In this document: piece after piece, positions 8,276-18,619 of the stretch
How the letters are laid out: each line of letters starts with the position of its first letter
Numbering within the stretch: position 1 is the first letter of the stretch
Source of the DNA: Candidatus Curtissbacteria bacterium RIFCSPLOWO2_12_FULL_41_16
GTDB lineage: Bacteria; Patescibacteriota; Microgenomatia; Curtissbacterales; GWA2-41-24
Assembly: GCA_001776545.1 (NCBI GenBank)
Contig: MFBZ01000016.1
Coordinates: 1,088-65,087 of the forward strand
Length of the DNA stretch: 64,000 bases
Direction: 5' to 3'
Position numbers and translations under genes: made by a program
The notes under the pieces: model-generated
What the model saw: the letters and a program-made list of their open reading frames with translations, nothing else
Databases searched by the model: none
Told to the model about the DNA's origin: nothing

Positions 8276-9043
8276 TTACAAATAGGGCGTCAAGACTATA
8301 GGGCCATTTCTGGTGACGGCTACAGTTTGTTCATAAAGACCCGCAAGGGAACCATCTTTGGTTGAAATTGTCCATCCGTCTCTCTCTAATCTGACTTCAG
8401 ACGAACCTTGAGCATAGATTACCTCGATTGCTAAAACCATATTTTCTACTATTTTGGGACCGCTCCCTTTTTTGCCAAAACCGGGAACGAGCGGTTCTTC
8501 ATGGAGCTGGCGGCCAATTCCATGACCAGTAAGACTTTTAACAACCGAGAAGCCTTCACCTTCGATATTTCCTTGAATAGTTGATGAGATATCACCTATG
8601 CGGTTGTCGATTACTGCCTGACTGATAGCTTTTTTTAAGGTTAAATGCCCTATCTCTAAAAATTTTTGTGTGCTCTTTGATACATTACCGACGGCTACGG
8701 TTTTCGCCATATCAGTGTGAAAACCCCGGTAGCTGGCCCCAACATCTATTCCTAAAATATCTCCGTCTTGAAGTTCCTTTGCGGTGGGAACGCCATGGAC
8801 AACCTGCTGATTAACAGTTGTACAAATAGTCCACTTATAGCCATCAACTGTCATAAAAGAGGGTTGCGCCCTGCTTATTTCCATTTGGTGCTTGGCAATC
8901 TGATCCAGTCCGTCGCAGCTGACACCAGGTCTGGCTTGTTCTAAAACTTTTTTTAAGGCAAGCGCCGTAATTTTGCCAGAAATTTTCATTAAGTTTATTT
9001 CTCTGTCGGTTTTTACCACGTCAGACTCGGTTTGTGTTACCAT
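8276..9043 (-). CDS. map: type I methionine aminopeptidase
   Basis: MetAP fold and metal-ligand regions ([10 protein letters not shown]...HGIGR.LHE...). Start uncertain (9043 or 8989). Overlaps the adk 3' end. Confidence 0.85.
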   Translation of the reverse strand: MVTQTESDVVKTDREINLMKISGKITALALKKVLEQARPGVSCDGLDQIAKHQMEISRAQPSFMTVDGYKWTICTTVNQQVVHGVPTAKELQDGDILGIDVGASYRGFHTDMAKTVAVGNVSKSTQKFLEIGHLTLKKAISQAVIDNRIGDISSTIQGNIEGEGFSVVKSLTGHGIGRQLHEEPLVPGFGKKGSGPKIVENMVLAIEVIYAQGSSEVRLERDGWTISTKDGSLAGLYEQTVAVTRNGPIVLTPYL

Positions 9044-9572
9044 TTTGTAATCGATTGATAATATCCTGGTGCACCTCGTCAATATTCCTTTGGCCATCAA
9101 TTTCTTCAAGTATCCCTTTTTGCTTAAAGTATAAAAGCAACGGTTCGGTTTGCTGATGATAAAGCTCGAGACGTCTGGTGATTGTTTCTAAAGTATCGTC
9201 ATGTCTTGCTCTATCAATTAATCTTTTAATGCCTTCTTGGTCGGAAACCTTTATAAAAAAAACTTTGTCAATATCTGATTCTATTCCCTCGAGTTGAGCA
9301 TAATTTCTAGGGTAACCATCCAGAATGTAACCATTTTTGCAATCAGATTTTGCTAACCGCTCCTTTAGTGTTACAACAGCAATATTATCCGGGACGAGAT
9401 CGCCTTTTTCTAAGGCTTCCCTTACCTCACCTGCTTCTTGGTTATTCTCTTGGGCCTTATCTCTCATAAGCTGACCCATTTCGATGTATGGCAGGACAAG
9501 CTTTTGGGAAAGCGTACTGGCCTGCGTTGATTTTCCTGAACCTTGGCTGCCTAAGAATATAAGTTTCATCAA
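9021..9572 (-). CDS. adk: adenylate kinase
   Basis: P-loop [10 protein letters not shown] and an LID/NMP-binding arrangement. Confidence 0.9.
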   Translation of the reverse strand: MMKLIFLGSQGSGKSTQASTLSQKLVLPYIEMGQLMRDKAQENNQEAGEVREALEKGDLVPDNIAVVTLKERLAKSDCKNGYILDGYPRNYAQLEGIESDIDKVFFIKVSDQEGIKRLIDRARHDDTLETITRRLELYHQQTEPLLLYFKQKGILEEIDGQRNIDEVHQDIINRLQNGNTNRV

Positions 9573-10849
9573 CTTTTCCTCAGAAAGGAATCATAATCTC
9601 TCATTACTAAGTGCGATTCGATTTTTTTTGTTGTCTCCAGGACAACTGAGACCACGATTAGAAGCCCGGTTCCTCCAATTAGGAGAGTTGCGACTCCGGT
9701 TAGGCTTTGGCCGATTGATGGCAGAATCGCAATAAGCCCCAAAAAGACTGCTCCGAAGAGGGTTATTCTTAATGAAATATAATCTAGGTGTGATTTAGTG
9801 GGAGAACCGGGTCTAATTCCAGGAACAAAACCGCCTTGTTTCATAAGCATTTCCGAGATTTGTTTAGTGTTAAAAGCGACAGTGGTGTAAAAATAGGTAA
9901 AAGCCACCACTAACAAAAAGTAGGTTACGTTGTAGAGAACATCTTGGGGATTGAAAAGCCTTTGGATTTCCTGGGCGATGTTGGCAACTAAAACGCTGGG
10001 GGACCTTTCGAAAAATTTGGCAAATGTTGTCGGCAAAAGAATTAAGGAAACAGCAAAGATTATTGGGATAACGCCGGCTTGGTTAATTCTAAGTGGAATA
10101 TAGCTCGCAACTGGCGTTTCAGTCGTGCTTCTTCTGGCGTAATGGACGGTAATCGGACGCTTAGCCTCTGTTACAATAACGATTGAGACAATGACAATTA
10201 CGGCCATCGCCATAAAAATCAGGATGTTTTTTATTTGTGTTGGATCAAAAATTGAAACAGTTTGGGCAAGACCAATAGGTAATCTACCAGCAATACCCGC
10301 AAAAATTATCATTGAGATTCCATTGCCTATTCCTTTTTCGGAAATTAGTTCACCCAACCACATCAAAAAAATTGTGCCTGCCGTCATGGTGATAACGAGA
10401 GCTAAAAGAATCAGCGGTGATAGGACACTTATAATGCCGGAATTGCGTAGTAAAATATACATTCCAAAAGCCTGAACGGCAGCCAGAGGGACGGTTAGAT
10501 AACGAGTGTACTGATTAATCTTCTCGTGTCCTTGCTCGCCCTCTTTGGCTAGCTCTTCAAGTTTTGGAAAAACCAATTGCAAGAGTTGCATGATAATGCT
10601 GGCATTGATGTACGGATTCAGCCCTAATGATAGGACTGAAAAATTGGCTAAGGTGCCGCCAGAAAAAAGATCTAAAAGCGAAAGTAGTTGACTTTCGGCA
10701 AATAATCTTTTAAGTGATGCAATATCGACACCAGGAACCGGCACATGGGCAAATAGCCTAAAGATAAGAAAAATAAAAAAGCTAAAAAGAATTCTTTTTC
10801 TTAAATCTTTAACTTTAAAAATCTTTAATAAGGTTTGTAGATAATTCAC
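9569..10849 (-). CDS. secY: preprotein translocase subunit SecY
   Basis: 426 aa, ten hydrophobic segments, canonical position after rplO. Confidence 0.95.
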   Translation of the reverse strand: MNYLQTLLKIFKVKDLRKRILFSFFIFLIFRLFAHVPVPGVDIASLKRLFAESQLLSLLDLFSGGTLANFSVLSLGLNPYINASIIMQLLQLVFPKLEELAKEGEQGHEKINQYTRYLTVPLAAVQAFGMYILLRNSGIISVLSPLILLALVITMTAGTIFLMWLGELISEKGIGNGISMIIFAGIAGRLPIGLAQTVSIFDPTQIKNILIFMAMAVIVIVSIVIVTEAKRPITVHYARRSTTETPVASYIPLRINQAGVIPIIFAVSLILLPTTFAKFFERSPSVLVANIAQEIQRLFNPQDVLYNVTYFLLVVAFTYFYTTVAFNTKQISEMLMKQGGFVPGIRPGSPTKSHLDYISLRITLFGAVFLGLIAILPSIGQSLTGVATLLIGGTGLLIVVSVVLETTKKIESHLVMRDYDSFLRKS

Positions 10850-10876
10850 AACTGTACTTCAGGGCAAGCCTTGCGA

Positions 10877-11482
10877 TCACCCCTGCTTCGCGGGGATCCT
10901 GTTTTTTCCCCTTAATACTTCCTTTCTCCTGGTGGACAAAATTGGTTTGCCTAAAGCAGTTCCAATTTTGGAATTTTGATTTCTGATATTTGCCCGCTCC
11001 GCTTCGCTTTGCGAGGCGGGGGATTTTTGATTCAGTATTGTCACTTTTCCGCCGGCTTTTTGAATTTTCTCTGCTGCACTTTTGGAAGTCGGTAAATTTA
11101 TGACGAGTGCTCTTGATAAATTACCATCTCCCAGGATTTTTACGCCATAATTTTTGGCGTCGTTTTTTTCAACTATACCGAACTTGACAAGTGCTTCAAG
11201 GTCCACATTTTGGCAGTTTTCGGGTAGCAGATTCAATGCTCCTAAATTGACAACTAGCGGTTTTTGGGAAATTTTAGGATTCCCTATACCTCTTCTTAAA
11301 GGAAGCCTTTTAATAAGAGGTCTTGTTCCGCCTTCGAAATGTGGATGGGTAATTTTCATTTTACCTCTGGCTTTTTGACCTTTGGTCCCGCGGCCGCCTG
11401 TTTTTCCTTTCCCTGACGACTGACCACGACCGATCCTTTTTGCTCTTTTTTGGGTTATTTTTGGCAAGGTATTTAAATTCAT
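10877..11482 (-). CDS. rplO: 50S ribosomal protein L15 with ~55-aa C-terminal extension
   Basis: RIGRGQSSGKGKTGGRGTKGQKARG motif. The extension carries GC-rich hairpin-forming DNA (10985-11025, 10855-10900). Confidence 0.9.
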   Translation of the reverse strand: MNLNTLPKITQKRAKRIGRGQSSGKGKTGGRGTKGQKARGKMKITHPHFEGGTRPLIKRLPLRRGIGNPKISQKPLVVNLGALNLLPENCQNVDLEALVKFGIVEKNDAKNYGVKILGDGNLSRALVINLPTSKSAAEKIQKAGGKVTILNQKSPASQSEAERANIRNQNSKIGTALGKPILSTRRKEVLRGKNRIPAKQG

Positions 11483-11940
11483 GGCATTAAACTTTCTAAA
11501 GCTGCAAGCGTTGCGTAGACATTTGACGCCTGATTTTTGGTCCCCATCACTTTACTGGAGATATTTCTAATTCCAGCCGCTTCAACCACAACCCGAACTG
11601 CTCCGCCGGCAATAATTCCTGATCCTTCTGGTGCAGGCTTGAGAAGAACCTTGGCCGCGCCTCTTTTAAGAAGTACATCATGAGGAATGGTACCTTTGAC
11701 GATCGGCACGGTGATCAAATGTTTCTTAGCATAAGTCGCACCCTTCCTGATTGAGGAAGAAACGTCTCTGGCTTTGCCCAAACCAACGCCAACTTTACCT
11801 TTTTTGTCACCAACAACTACAAGTACCGAAAAACCGATTCGATTACCGCCCTTTGTTTTTTTTGAAACTCGATTCACTTGGATGACTCTTTCGTCAAATT
11901 CTTTTGCAAATCCTATTAGTTGCTCTTCTTGACTATTCAT
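11479..11940 (-). CDS. rpsE: 30S ribosomal protein S5
   Basis: S5 dsRBD and C-terminal domain. Start trimmed to MNSQEEQL. No rpmD (L30) between rpsE and rplO. Confidence 0.9.
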   Translation of the reverse strand: MNSQEEQLIGFAKEFDERVIQVNRVSKKTKGGNRIGFSVLVVVGDKKGKVGVGLGKARDVSSSIRKGATYAKKHLITVPIVKGTIPHDVLLKRGAAKVLLKPAPEGSGIIAGGAVRVVVEAAGIRNISSKVMGTKNQASNVYATLAALESLMP

Positions 11941-11953
11941 TTTAAGCTTCTGG

Positions 11954-12295
11954 CTAAAAAAGTAGGCCCTCCTCCCTTGCACCTTCGGCTAAAGCTTTTA
12001 CGCGTCCATGATAGAAGTATCCAGCGCGGTCATAAACTACTTTTTTGATATTTTTGCTCTTTGCAGCTTTGGCCAAATTAATCCCAACTTCCTTTGCTTT
12101 CTGGCATCTTGTACCTTTTTTGATTTTTGCGTCAGAAGCGAAAGCGATAGTAGCTGCTTTTTGATCATCTATTAGTTGCGCATATATATGTTTATTTGAA
12201 CGAAAGACAACTATTCTCGGAACGTTTTTGGCTCGCGCTATTTTTTTTCTTATCCTGTCATGTCTTAGGACTTTCTGCTTCCTTCTATCTTTCAT
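11954..12295 (-). CDS. rplR: 50S ribosomal protein L18
   Basis: L18 family (RIVVFRSNKHIYAQLIDD...GYFYHGRVKALAEGAREEGL). Confidence 0.9.
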   Translation of the reverse strand: MKDRRKQKVLRHDRIRKKIARAKNVPRIVVFRSNKHIYAQLIDDQKAATIAFASDAKIKKGTRCQKAKEVGINLAKAAKSKNIKKVVYDRAGYFYHGRVKALAEGAREEGLLF

Positions 12296-12843
12296 GTTGA
12301 ACTCTGGGCAGCTTTAACTGCCTTACCAGCCTTTCGTCTGATTACTTCTTCTGAGTATTTTATTCCCTTACCTTTATAAGGTTCAGGCGGTCTTGCTCTT
12401 CTAATTCTGGCGGCTACTTCACCAACCAATGCTTTATCGCAACCAGAAACAATAATTTTGTTTTCTTTGGTTTCTATTTGGACACCGCTTGTAGGTGTGA
12501 TGATAACTGGATGAGAATAACCAATATTTAACACTAGATTCTCCCCTTGTTTTGTAGCTCTATAGCCAACACCGATGATTTCCAAAACTTTTTGGTGGCC
12601 TTCTGTCACGCCTTTGACCATGTTGGCAATAATACTTCTTGTTAAGCCGTGAAGGGATTTGGCAAATTTACTCTCAGATTTTCTGGCCACATTAATTTTA
12701 TCCTGAAAAACCTCAACAGTAACTTCCGGACGAAACTGAAATGAAAGATTGCCTTTTGGTCCAGAGATCTTAACCTGGGAATCGAAAGTTTCTACTTTAA
12801 TCCCTTGAGGAATTATAACTGGTTGTTTGCCTATTTTAGACAT
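12292..12843 (-). CDS. rplF: 50S ribosomal protein L6
   Basis: MSKIGKQPVIIPQGIKV... is the typical L6 start. Track ORF trimmed from 12885. Confidence 0.9.
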   Translation of the reverse strand: MSKIGKQPVIIPQGIKVETFDSQVKISGPKGNLSFQFRPEVTVEVFQDKINVARKSESKFAKSLHGLTRSIIANMVKGVTEGHQKVLEIIGVGYRATKQGENLVLNIGYSHPVIITPTSGVQIETKENKIIVSGCDKALVGEVAARIRRARPPEPYKGKGIKYSEEVIRRKAGKAVKAAQSST

Positions 12844-12913
12844 AGACTCTCCTTTCTGAGGAAATTTCCCGGCTTCGCAGGGCAAGTAATTTTATCTGAT
12901 ATCTGATATTTAT

Positions 12914-13363
12914 TTACCATGCTTCGCAAATTACCTCCCCTCCAAGTTTTTTGGCTTTGGCCTGTTCACCCGTCATCACTCCTTGGGGCGTTGAGACAAG
13001 AACCAGACCTCTTTTGCCTTTTACTTTTTTGATATTTTTGCTCTTGGTGTAAATCCTCAGGCCTGGTTTAGAAACTTTTTTGATCTCGTGTAATTTTGGC
13101 TTTTGATTCTCATATAAAAGACTGATAATAATTTTTGCCCGCCCGCTGCCTGCCTGCCGGCGAGGCAGGGCGAGGTGGGCTTGTGATTTTTTGACGATAC
13201 CCACAAATTTTTCTTTTTCCAAAACCTTAGCAACTTCCGATTTAAACTTTGAGTAAGGTACCAAAACTTCCGGCTTTTTAGCCATGTATCCATTTTTAAT
13301 TGTGACAAGCATATCAGCTATTGGATCCACAAAAAATCTCCTTTCGCCGAATTTTAATTTCAA
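12914..13363 (-). CDS. rpsH: 30S ribosomal protein S8 with internal insertion
   Basis: DPIADMLVTIKNG N-terminus and C-terminal LSTPQGVMTG..A.KLGGEVICEAW. An extra segment HLALPRRQAGSGRAK is encoded by a GC-rich palindromic stretch at 13141-13180. Confidence 0.9.
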   Translation of the reverse strand: MKLKFGERRFFVDPIADMLVTIKNGYMAKKPEVLVPYSKFKSEVAKVLEKEKFVGIVKKSQAHLALPRRQAGSGRAKIIISLLYENQKPKLHEIKKVSKPGLRIYTKSKNIKKVKGKRGLVLVSTPQGVMTGEQAKAKKLGGEVICEAW

Positions 13364-13378
13364 ATTTAAAATTGATCA

Positions 13379-13561
13379 TTACCATGATGCCTTTTTGACT
13401 CCAGGTATTTCTCCGCGATGTGCAAGATCCCTAAAACAAATTCGACAAATTCCGAATTTACGGATATAAGCTCTTGGCCTACCGCAAAGATGACAACGAT
13501 TTCGGTGCCGGCTGGCAAATTTTTGTTTTTTCTCATTTTTGATAATCTTAGATTTTTTGGC
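13379..13561 (-). CDS. rpsN: 30S ribosomal protein S14 type Z (zinc-binding)
   Basis: [23 protein letters not shown]4 motif, ~60 aa. Confidence 0.9.
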   Translation of the reverse strand, partial: AKKSKIIKNEKKQKFASRHRNRCHLCGRPRAYIRKFGICRICFRDLAHRGEIPGVKKASW

Positions 13562-13586
13562 CATGATTGCCTCCGGCAATATTAGT

Positions 13587-14123
13587 TTACTTCTTAAAAG
13601 GTAATCCTAAGAGTTCAAAAAGTCTTTGGGACTTTTTCTGATCACTATTTTTGACGACTATGGTGACGACTAGTCCTCTGACTTTGTCGATTTTGGCGTA
13701 ATCTACTTCTGGAAAAATAATCTGCTCAGATAAGCCCAGACTGTAGTTGCCGAATTTATCAAATTTTGTCGTGGTAAGACCCCGAAAATCGCGCATTCTT
13801 GGCATAACAATGGCAATTAATTTTTCCAAAAACTGCCAAGCTCTTTTCCTTCGTAGAGTAACCATAACACCAATGGGGTCGTTTTTTTTTAATTTAAAGT
13901 TCGAGATTGCTCTTTTGGCACGGGCGACTTTTGGTTTTTGACCTGTAATTTGAGTTAGCTGATCTTTGACTTTTTCTAAAATATCATGACTGGTGATTGC
14001 TTCAGCTACTCCCATATTTAAGACTATTTTTTCCATTTGAGGCAGAGCCAAATCATTTTTTATACCAAATTCCTCCTTGAGTTTTGGTTTAACCTCCTCT
14101 TTATATTTAGTTAAAATATTCAT
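13587..14123 (-). CDS. rplE: 50S ribosomal protein L5
   Basis: L5 family (EKIVLNMGV...). Start trimmed to [11 protein letters not shown]. Confidence 0.9.
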   Translation of the reverse strand: MNILTKYKEEVKPKLKEEFGIKNDLALPQMEKIVLNMGVAEAITSHDILEKVKDQLTQITGQKPKVARAKRAISNFKLKKNDPIGVMVTLRRKRAWQFLEKLIAIVMPRMRDFRGLTTTKFDKFGNYSLGLSEQIIFPEVDYAKIDKVRGLVVTIVVKNSDQKKSQRLFELLGLPFKK

Positions 14124-14428
14124 ACTAGGCGTCCTTGACATTTTTTACAAATTCTATTTTTGATCTTGCCTTCTTTGACAAATCCTACTCTGGTAGTTTG
14201 AGCGCATTTTGGACAAATAAGAGCAACCTTGCTAACCGGAATGGGCCGAGTAATTTCGTAAATGCCGGAAGCTTTGGTTCTAGTAACTTTCTTGTGTCTT
14301 TTATAAATATTAGCTCCGGCAACAACAAGTTTATTTTCAAAGACCAGGACTTTTTCAACCTTGCCTTTGATGCCTTTATCTCGACCAGCTGTAACTTGTA
14401 CTTGATCACCTACTTTGAACTTAAACAT
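14120..14428 (-). CDS. rplX: 50S ribosomal protein L24 (KOW) with C-terminal C4 zinc ribbon
   Basis: KOW motif FKVGDQVQVTAGRDKGIKGKV. C-terminal CPKC-x17-CKKC. Confidence 0.9.
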   Translation of the reverse strand: MFKFKVGDQVQVTAGRDKGIKGKVEKVLVFENKLVVAGANIYKRHKKVTRTKASGIYEITRPIPVSKVALICPKCAQTTRVGFVKEGKIKNRICKKCQGRLV

Positions 14429-14797
14429 TTAAATAACCTCCTGGGCCATAGAAATGATTTTGGTAAAACCTTTATTTTTTAACTCTTGAGCTACCGGACC
14501 AAAAATTCTGGTTGCGAGGGGTATTCCTTTCTCATCGCAAACAACAGCGGCATTGTCTGAAAATCTGATATAAGAACCGTCCGGTCTTCTCGTTTCTTTT
14601 CTAGTCCTGACAATAACTGCTTTGACTATTTGATGATCTTTAACTTGACCGGTGGGGCTTGCTCCCCTAACTACACAGGTAACAATTTCTCCAATGCCGG
14701 CAAATTTTTTATGGGACATGCCAGGCATACCAATAATAACCAAGTTTCTGGCACCGCTATTGTCGGCAGCTGCCAAAACTGACCTTCTTAAAAGCAT
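14429..14797 (-). CDS. rplN: 50S ribosomal protein L14
   Basis: ADNSGARNLV...IRFSDNAAV motifs. Confidence 0.95.
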   Translation of the reverse strand: MLLRRSVLAAADNSGARNLVIIGMPGMSHKKFAGIGEIVTCVVRGASPTGQVKDHQIVKAVIVRTRKETRRPDGSYIRFSDNAAVVCDEKGIPLATRIFGPVAQELKNKGFTKIISMAQEVI

Positions 14798-15040
14798 CTA
14801 TCCTAATACCTCCAAAACCTTAAAATTGACGTCTTTTGAGATCGGCCTGGTTTCAACTATTTTTACAATGCTCCCGACTTTTGCTCCAAAATTATCGTGT
14901 ACTTTGTATCTTGTGGTTTTTTTGATTCGTTTTTTGTAAAGCGGGTGCAAGGTTTGCGAGACAACCTCAACAACTATTGTTTTATTCATCTTATTTGAAA
15001 CCACGGTACCAATTTTGGTATTAATATTGTTTTTCTTCAT
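14798..15040 (-). CDS. rpsQ: 30S ribosomal protein S17
   Basis: G.VVSNKMNKT..V.V....HP.Y.K. is the S17 pattern. Confidence 0.9.
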   Translation of the reverse strand: MKKNNINTKIGTVVSNKMNKTIVVEVVSQTLHPLYKKRIKKTTRYKVHDNFGAKVGSIVKIVETRPISKDVNFKVLEVLG

Positions 15041-15258
15041 TTTTGATTTTTGATCACTTCCATAAAATTTTTCTCAGCTATTATAGTTTTAATCTTGGCG
15101 ATGTCTTTGCGCTTTTGATTTGCAAGATGGACATTTTTTATTTTGCCTATTTTAAGCTTGAGACGCGTCTGTTTTTCTTCTTTTTCTTGATCGGCAATAA
15201 TTTTTTTTAGATTCTCAATACTTTTATTTTTTAATTCGTTCAAATCTTTATTTTTCAT
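15037..15258 (-). CDS. rpmC: 50S ribosomal protein L29
   Basis: Small Lys/Glu-rich helical protein at the L29 position between L16 and S17. Start trimmed to [13 protein letters not shown]. Confidence 0.8.
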   Translation of the reverse strand: MKNKDLNELKNKSIENLKKIIADQEKEEKQTRLKLKIGKIKNVHLANQKRKDIAKIKTIIAEKNFMEVIKNQK

Positions 15259-15280
15259 CGCAATCACCGTCTTTTTGTGT

Positions 15281-15685
15281 TCATCTTGTAACAACTCTTG
15301 TTTTTATTGGTAATTTATGGGCGGCAAGCCTTAATGCTTCTTGGGCAACATTTGCTTCAACGGCACCCATCTCAAAAAGGATCATGCCTGGTTTGACAAC
15401 TGCTACATACTCGGAAACATCGCCTTTGCCTGAACCCATTCTAGTCTCTGCGGGTTTTTTGGTGACCGGTTTGTCTGGAAATATCCTGATCCAAATACGG
15501 CCACCTCTTTTGGTGTAATGGGTCATGGCACGTCTGGCTGCCTCGATTTGTCTAGCGGTCACCCAAGCACTCTCTTCACTTTTTAAACCATAAGAGCCAA
15601 ACGAGAGGATTGTTCCACGACCGGCAATGCCTTTTCTTTTACCTCTGAACTGTTTTCTATATTTTGCCCTTTTTGGTGCAAGCAT
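15281..15685 (-). CDS. rplP: 50S ribosomal protein L16
   Basis: [19 protein letters not shown]...[18 protein letters not shown] motifs. Confidence 0.95.
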   Translation of the reverse strand: MLAPKRAKYRKQFRGKRKGIAGRGTILSFGSYGLKSEESAWVTARQIEAARRAMTHYTKRGGRIWIRIFPDKPVTKKPAETRMGSGKGDVSEYVAVVKPGMILFEMGAVEANVAQEALRLAAHKLPIKTRVVTR

Positions 15686-15880
15686 AACTTTCCCTTTCCC
15701 TTAATAAACTACTCACGGCCGATTCGGTCTGAGCCTCACGGTCGAAGACCTGAAGGCCATAGTTCTCGCTCGCGTGGAATAGACAATAGACAAAATTGTC
15801 CAAGCTAAGCTTGTTACAATTTTGGGATTTGTTTTTTTTGAATTTTGATTTGTCATTTTGATGTTTGATTTTTGATTTTG

Positions 15881-16519
15881 TTACGTTTCTCCTTTATATA
15901 TCCAAACCTTAACACCGACGGTGCCTGACTTTGGAACTTGAGCATCGACTTTAGCAAAATCAATTTCTGCCCTAATTGTGTGGAGTGGAACGGCACCAAT
16001 TTTAACCGTCTCTCGTCTGGCTATTTCTGATCCTCCAAGTCTGCCAGAGAGCGAGATACGCACTCCTTTGGCGCCTGATCTTCTAACTCTTTCTTGCGTT
16101 TGATTCATTATCCTTCTAAAAGGAATTCGCCTGCCCAGTTGGTCTGCAATAGATTGAGCAATTAAATAAGCATCAAGGTCCGGTGATTTAATCTCTTCAA
16201 ATCTAATCTCTAGTTTGTCGGAATCTACAATTTTTAATTTCTTGACTAGTGCCGCTTTTAACTGTTCGATACCGGTTCCACCCCGACCGATGGCGATACC
16301 CGGCCTGGCGACATGGACGATGGCAACTCGTTTGTCAAAAGAACGCTCGATTTCAACTTTGGAAATCCCAGCGGGTTTTAGATGTTCCATGATAAATTTC
16401 CTTATTTTTTGATCCTCCAGAAGATATTGGGAATAAAGACCGTTTTTGGCAAACCATCTGGAGCTCCAGGTATAAATGTTTCCTAGCCTAAAGCCGATCG
16501 GGTTAACTTTTTGGCCCAT
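15881..16519 (-). CDS. rpsC: 30S ribosomal protein S3
   Basis: MGQKVNPIGFRLG N-terminus, KH domain and S3 C-terminal domain. Track ORF trimmed from 16567. Confidence 0.9.
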   Translation of the reverse strand: MGQKVNPIGFRLGNIYTWSSRWFAKNGLYSQYLLEDQKIRKFIMEHLKPAGISKVEIERSFDKRVAIVHVARPGIAIGRGGTGIEQLKAALVKKLKIVDSDKLEIRFEEIKSPDLDAYLIAQSIADQLGRRIPFRRIMNQTQERVRRSGAKGVRISLSGRLGGSEIARRETVKIGAVPLHTIRAEIDFAKVDAQVPKSGTVGVKVWIYKGET

Positions 16520-16654
16520 GACAACCTCGCTTTCGTTCGTTAGGTGAAAAGTGAAAAGTGCCGCCAAGGGCGAGCCTTGCTCGCCTCGCTGCGAAGCGGG
16601 TCTTTGACGGGAAAAGTGAAAAGTTATGGTAATTTAAAATTAATTTGAAATTTT

Positions 16655-17086
16655 TCATTGTAATTTTGAACTTTGCATTTTGATTTTTGAATTTTGATTT
16701 TCAGAAACAACTTTATTGTCTTTTGATACTTTGTAAGCAGTAGCTGTGTTTTTCGTTTCTCCCTCCAGAATCACTCTTATATGGCTGGTTCTTCTTAAAA
16801 TTGGATGGGCTCTGCCCCTGGCAACTGCCCGGAAGCGTTTAAAAACAGGTCCCTTGCCAACTAAGATTTCTTTAAAGGCCAAGGAGTTCTGGTCAAGATT
16901 AAAATTGTTTTTGGCGTTGGCAATTGCCGAGGCAATTACTTTTTTAAGAATCGGCGCCGATCGCTTATTGACAAAATTTAAAATTTGAACAGCTTTTTGT
17001 GGAGGCGTCTTTTTTATTTGATCCACAACAAGTCGTACCTTTTCAGGTGATACTCGGACTGATTTGGCTACTGCTGTTACTTCCAT
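16655..17086 (-). CDS. rplV: 50S ribosomal protein L22 with C-terminal extension
   Basis: L22 family core, about 30 aa of extra C-terminal tail. Confidence 0.9.
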   Translation of the reverse strand: MEVTAVAKSVRVSPEKVRLVVDQIKKTPPQKAVQILNFVNKRSAPILKKVIASAIANAKNNFNLDQNSLAFKEILVGKGPVFKRFRAVARGRAHPILRRTSHIRVILEGETKNTATAYKVSKDNKVVSENQNSKIKMQSSKLQ

Positions 17087-17108
17087 ACTCTAATCTCCTT
17101 GTCGCGTT

Positions 17109-17393
17109 TTATTTCTTAGTTGTTGATTTCTCGGTAATTTTCCCGTGCCCGCGAAATACTCTGGTTGGGGCAAATTCACCAAGTCTATGACCAACCATTG
17201 GTTCGCTGATAAAAACACTGATGAAAGTACGCCCATTGTGAATCGAAAAAGTATGATTGACAAATTCCGGCGGAATTTGGCTTGCTCTGGCCCAGGTTTT
17301 GATTGGCTCTTTTTTACCCGATTGTTTTTGAGCCATAACTTTTTTTAACAACTTTTGATCCACATACGGACCTTTTTTACTTGATCTTGCCAT
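17109..17393 (-). CDS. rpsS: 30S ribosomal protein S19
   Basis: [17 protein letters not shown] motif. Confidence 0.95.
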   Translation of the reverse strand: MARSSKKGPYVDQKLLKKVMAQKQSGKKEPIKTWARASQIPPEFVNHTFSIHNGRTFISVFISEPMVGHRLGEFAPTRVFRGHGKITEKSTTKK

Positions 17394-17425
17394 TTTCTAC
17401 ATCCCCTTCCAATTTAAATTGATTT

Positions 17426-18244
17426 TTATTTCCTCTTTTGAATAATAAATTTATCTGACGGTTTGTTTTTCTTTCTGGTTTTTTTGAAGGCGGGTTTGCC
17501 CCAGGGTGTTTTGGGATGCATGCCTGTGCCCGATCTGCCTTCACCACCGCCATGGGGGTGTGACCCTGGATCCATAGCAACCCCCCGCACTTTCGGACGC
17601 TTGCCCATGTGGCGGGATCTGCCAGCCTTTCCAATCGAGATATTCTTCCAATCTAAATTTCCAACTTGACCAACCGTGGCGAAGCAACTGGCGTGTATTT
17701 TCCTAACTTCTTTAGAGGGGAATTTGAGGTGGACCCAATTGCCTTCTCTGGCAACAACAATGGCACCTGCGCCTGCGCTTCTTACTATTTGACCTCCGGC
17801 TCCGGGGATAAGTTCGATATTATGAACCACTGTACCAATAGGCATTTTACCGAGAGGCAGGGCATTGCCCGGTTTTATCGGAGCAATCTGGCCCGTCATA
17901 ACCTCAGTTGCAATCTTAAGACCAATTGGAGCCAGAATGTATCTTTTTTCGCCATCAGCATAGTGAAGAAGGGCAATATTGGCAGAGCGATTAGGATCGT
18001 ATTCAATTGCCGCAACTCGTGCCGCAATATCTCTTTTATCTCTTTTAAAATCAATCACTCTAAAATTCCTTTTGGCCCCTCCACCTTTACCACGCATGGT
18101 TACCCTACCCGCTGATCTTCCGGCCTTTTCTAAAAGACGATAGACCAGTGATTTTTCGGGTCTTGTTTTAGTTATTTCGCCAAAGATTAAGCCTGTTTTG
18201 AATCGTTGTCCGGGCGTTGTTGGTTTAAAAACTCTTAGTGCCAT
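17426..18244 (-). CDS. rplB: 50S ribosomal protein L2
   Basis: [18 protein letters not shown] ... HPHGGGEGR motifs. Confidence 0.95.
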   Translation of the reverse strand: MALRVFKPTTPGQRFKTGLIFGEITKTRPEKSLVYRLLEKAGRSAGRVTMRGKGGGAKRNFRVIDFKRDKRDIAARVAAIEYDPNRSANIALLHYADGEKRYILAPIGLKIATEVMTGQIAPIKPGNALPLGKMPIGTVVHNIELIPGAGGQIVRSAGAGAIVVAREGNWVHLKFPSKEVRKIHASCFATVGQVGNLDWKNISIGKAGRSRHMGKRPKVRGVAMDPGSHPHGGGEGRSGTGMHPKTPWGKPAFKKTRKKNKPSDKFIIQKRK

Positions 18245-18619
18245 TTATCCTTCCTTCCCTTCTGCTGATGTTGTTTGGATATCCTTTTCCTTTGGCGATG
18301 GGTGTCTTTTTTTCGACTTTTCACTTTCTTTTTTTGGTGAAATCATGGCAATAGATTGACCCGCCTTCAGCCAAACAATAGCCTTTTTGCCGCCACCAGT
18401 TTTTGTCTCTTTTCTCGTCCTGGCAATTCTTTTGGTTTTAAAAGCACGTGTGGCAACGTTGACTTTTTGAACTTCTACAGAAAATTGTTTTTCAACTTGT
18501 TTCTCAATTTGATCTTTTGTGGATCGCGCATCGACTAAAAAAGTGTAGATGCTTTTTTCCATTTGCTTGTAAGCTTTCTCGGAAAGAATTGCTTTTTTAA
18601 TAACGTCGGTGGTTTTCAT
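18245..18619 (-). CDS. rplW: 50S ribosomal protein L23 with C-terminal Lys/Glu-rich extension
   Basis: L23 core (YTFLVDARSTKDQIEKQVEKQFSV.V.KVN) plus about 40 aa tail. Confidence 0.9.
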   Translation of the reverse strand: MKTTDVIKKAILSEKAYKQMEKSIYTFLVDARSTKDQIEKQVEKQFSVEVQKVNVATRAFKTKRIARTRKETKTGGGKKAIVWLKAGQSIAMISPKKESEKSKKRHPSPKEKDIQTTSAEGKEG

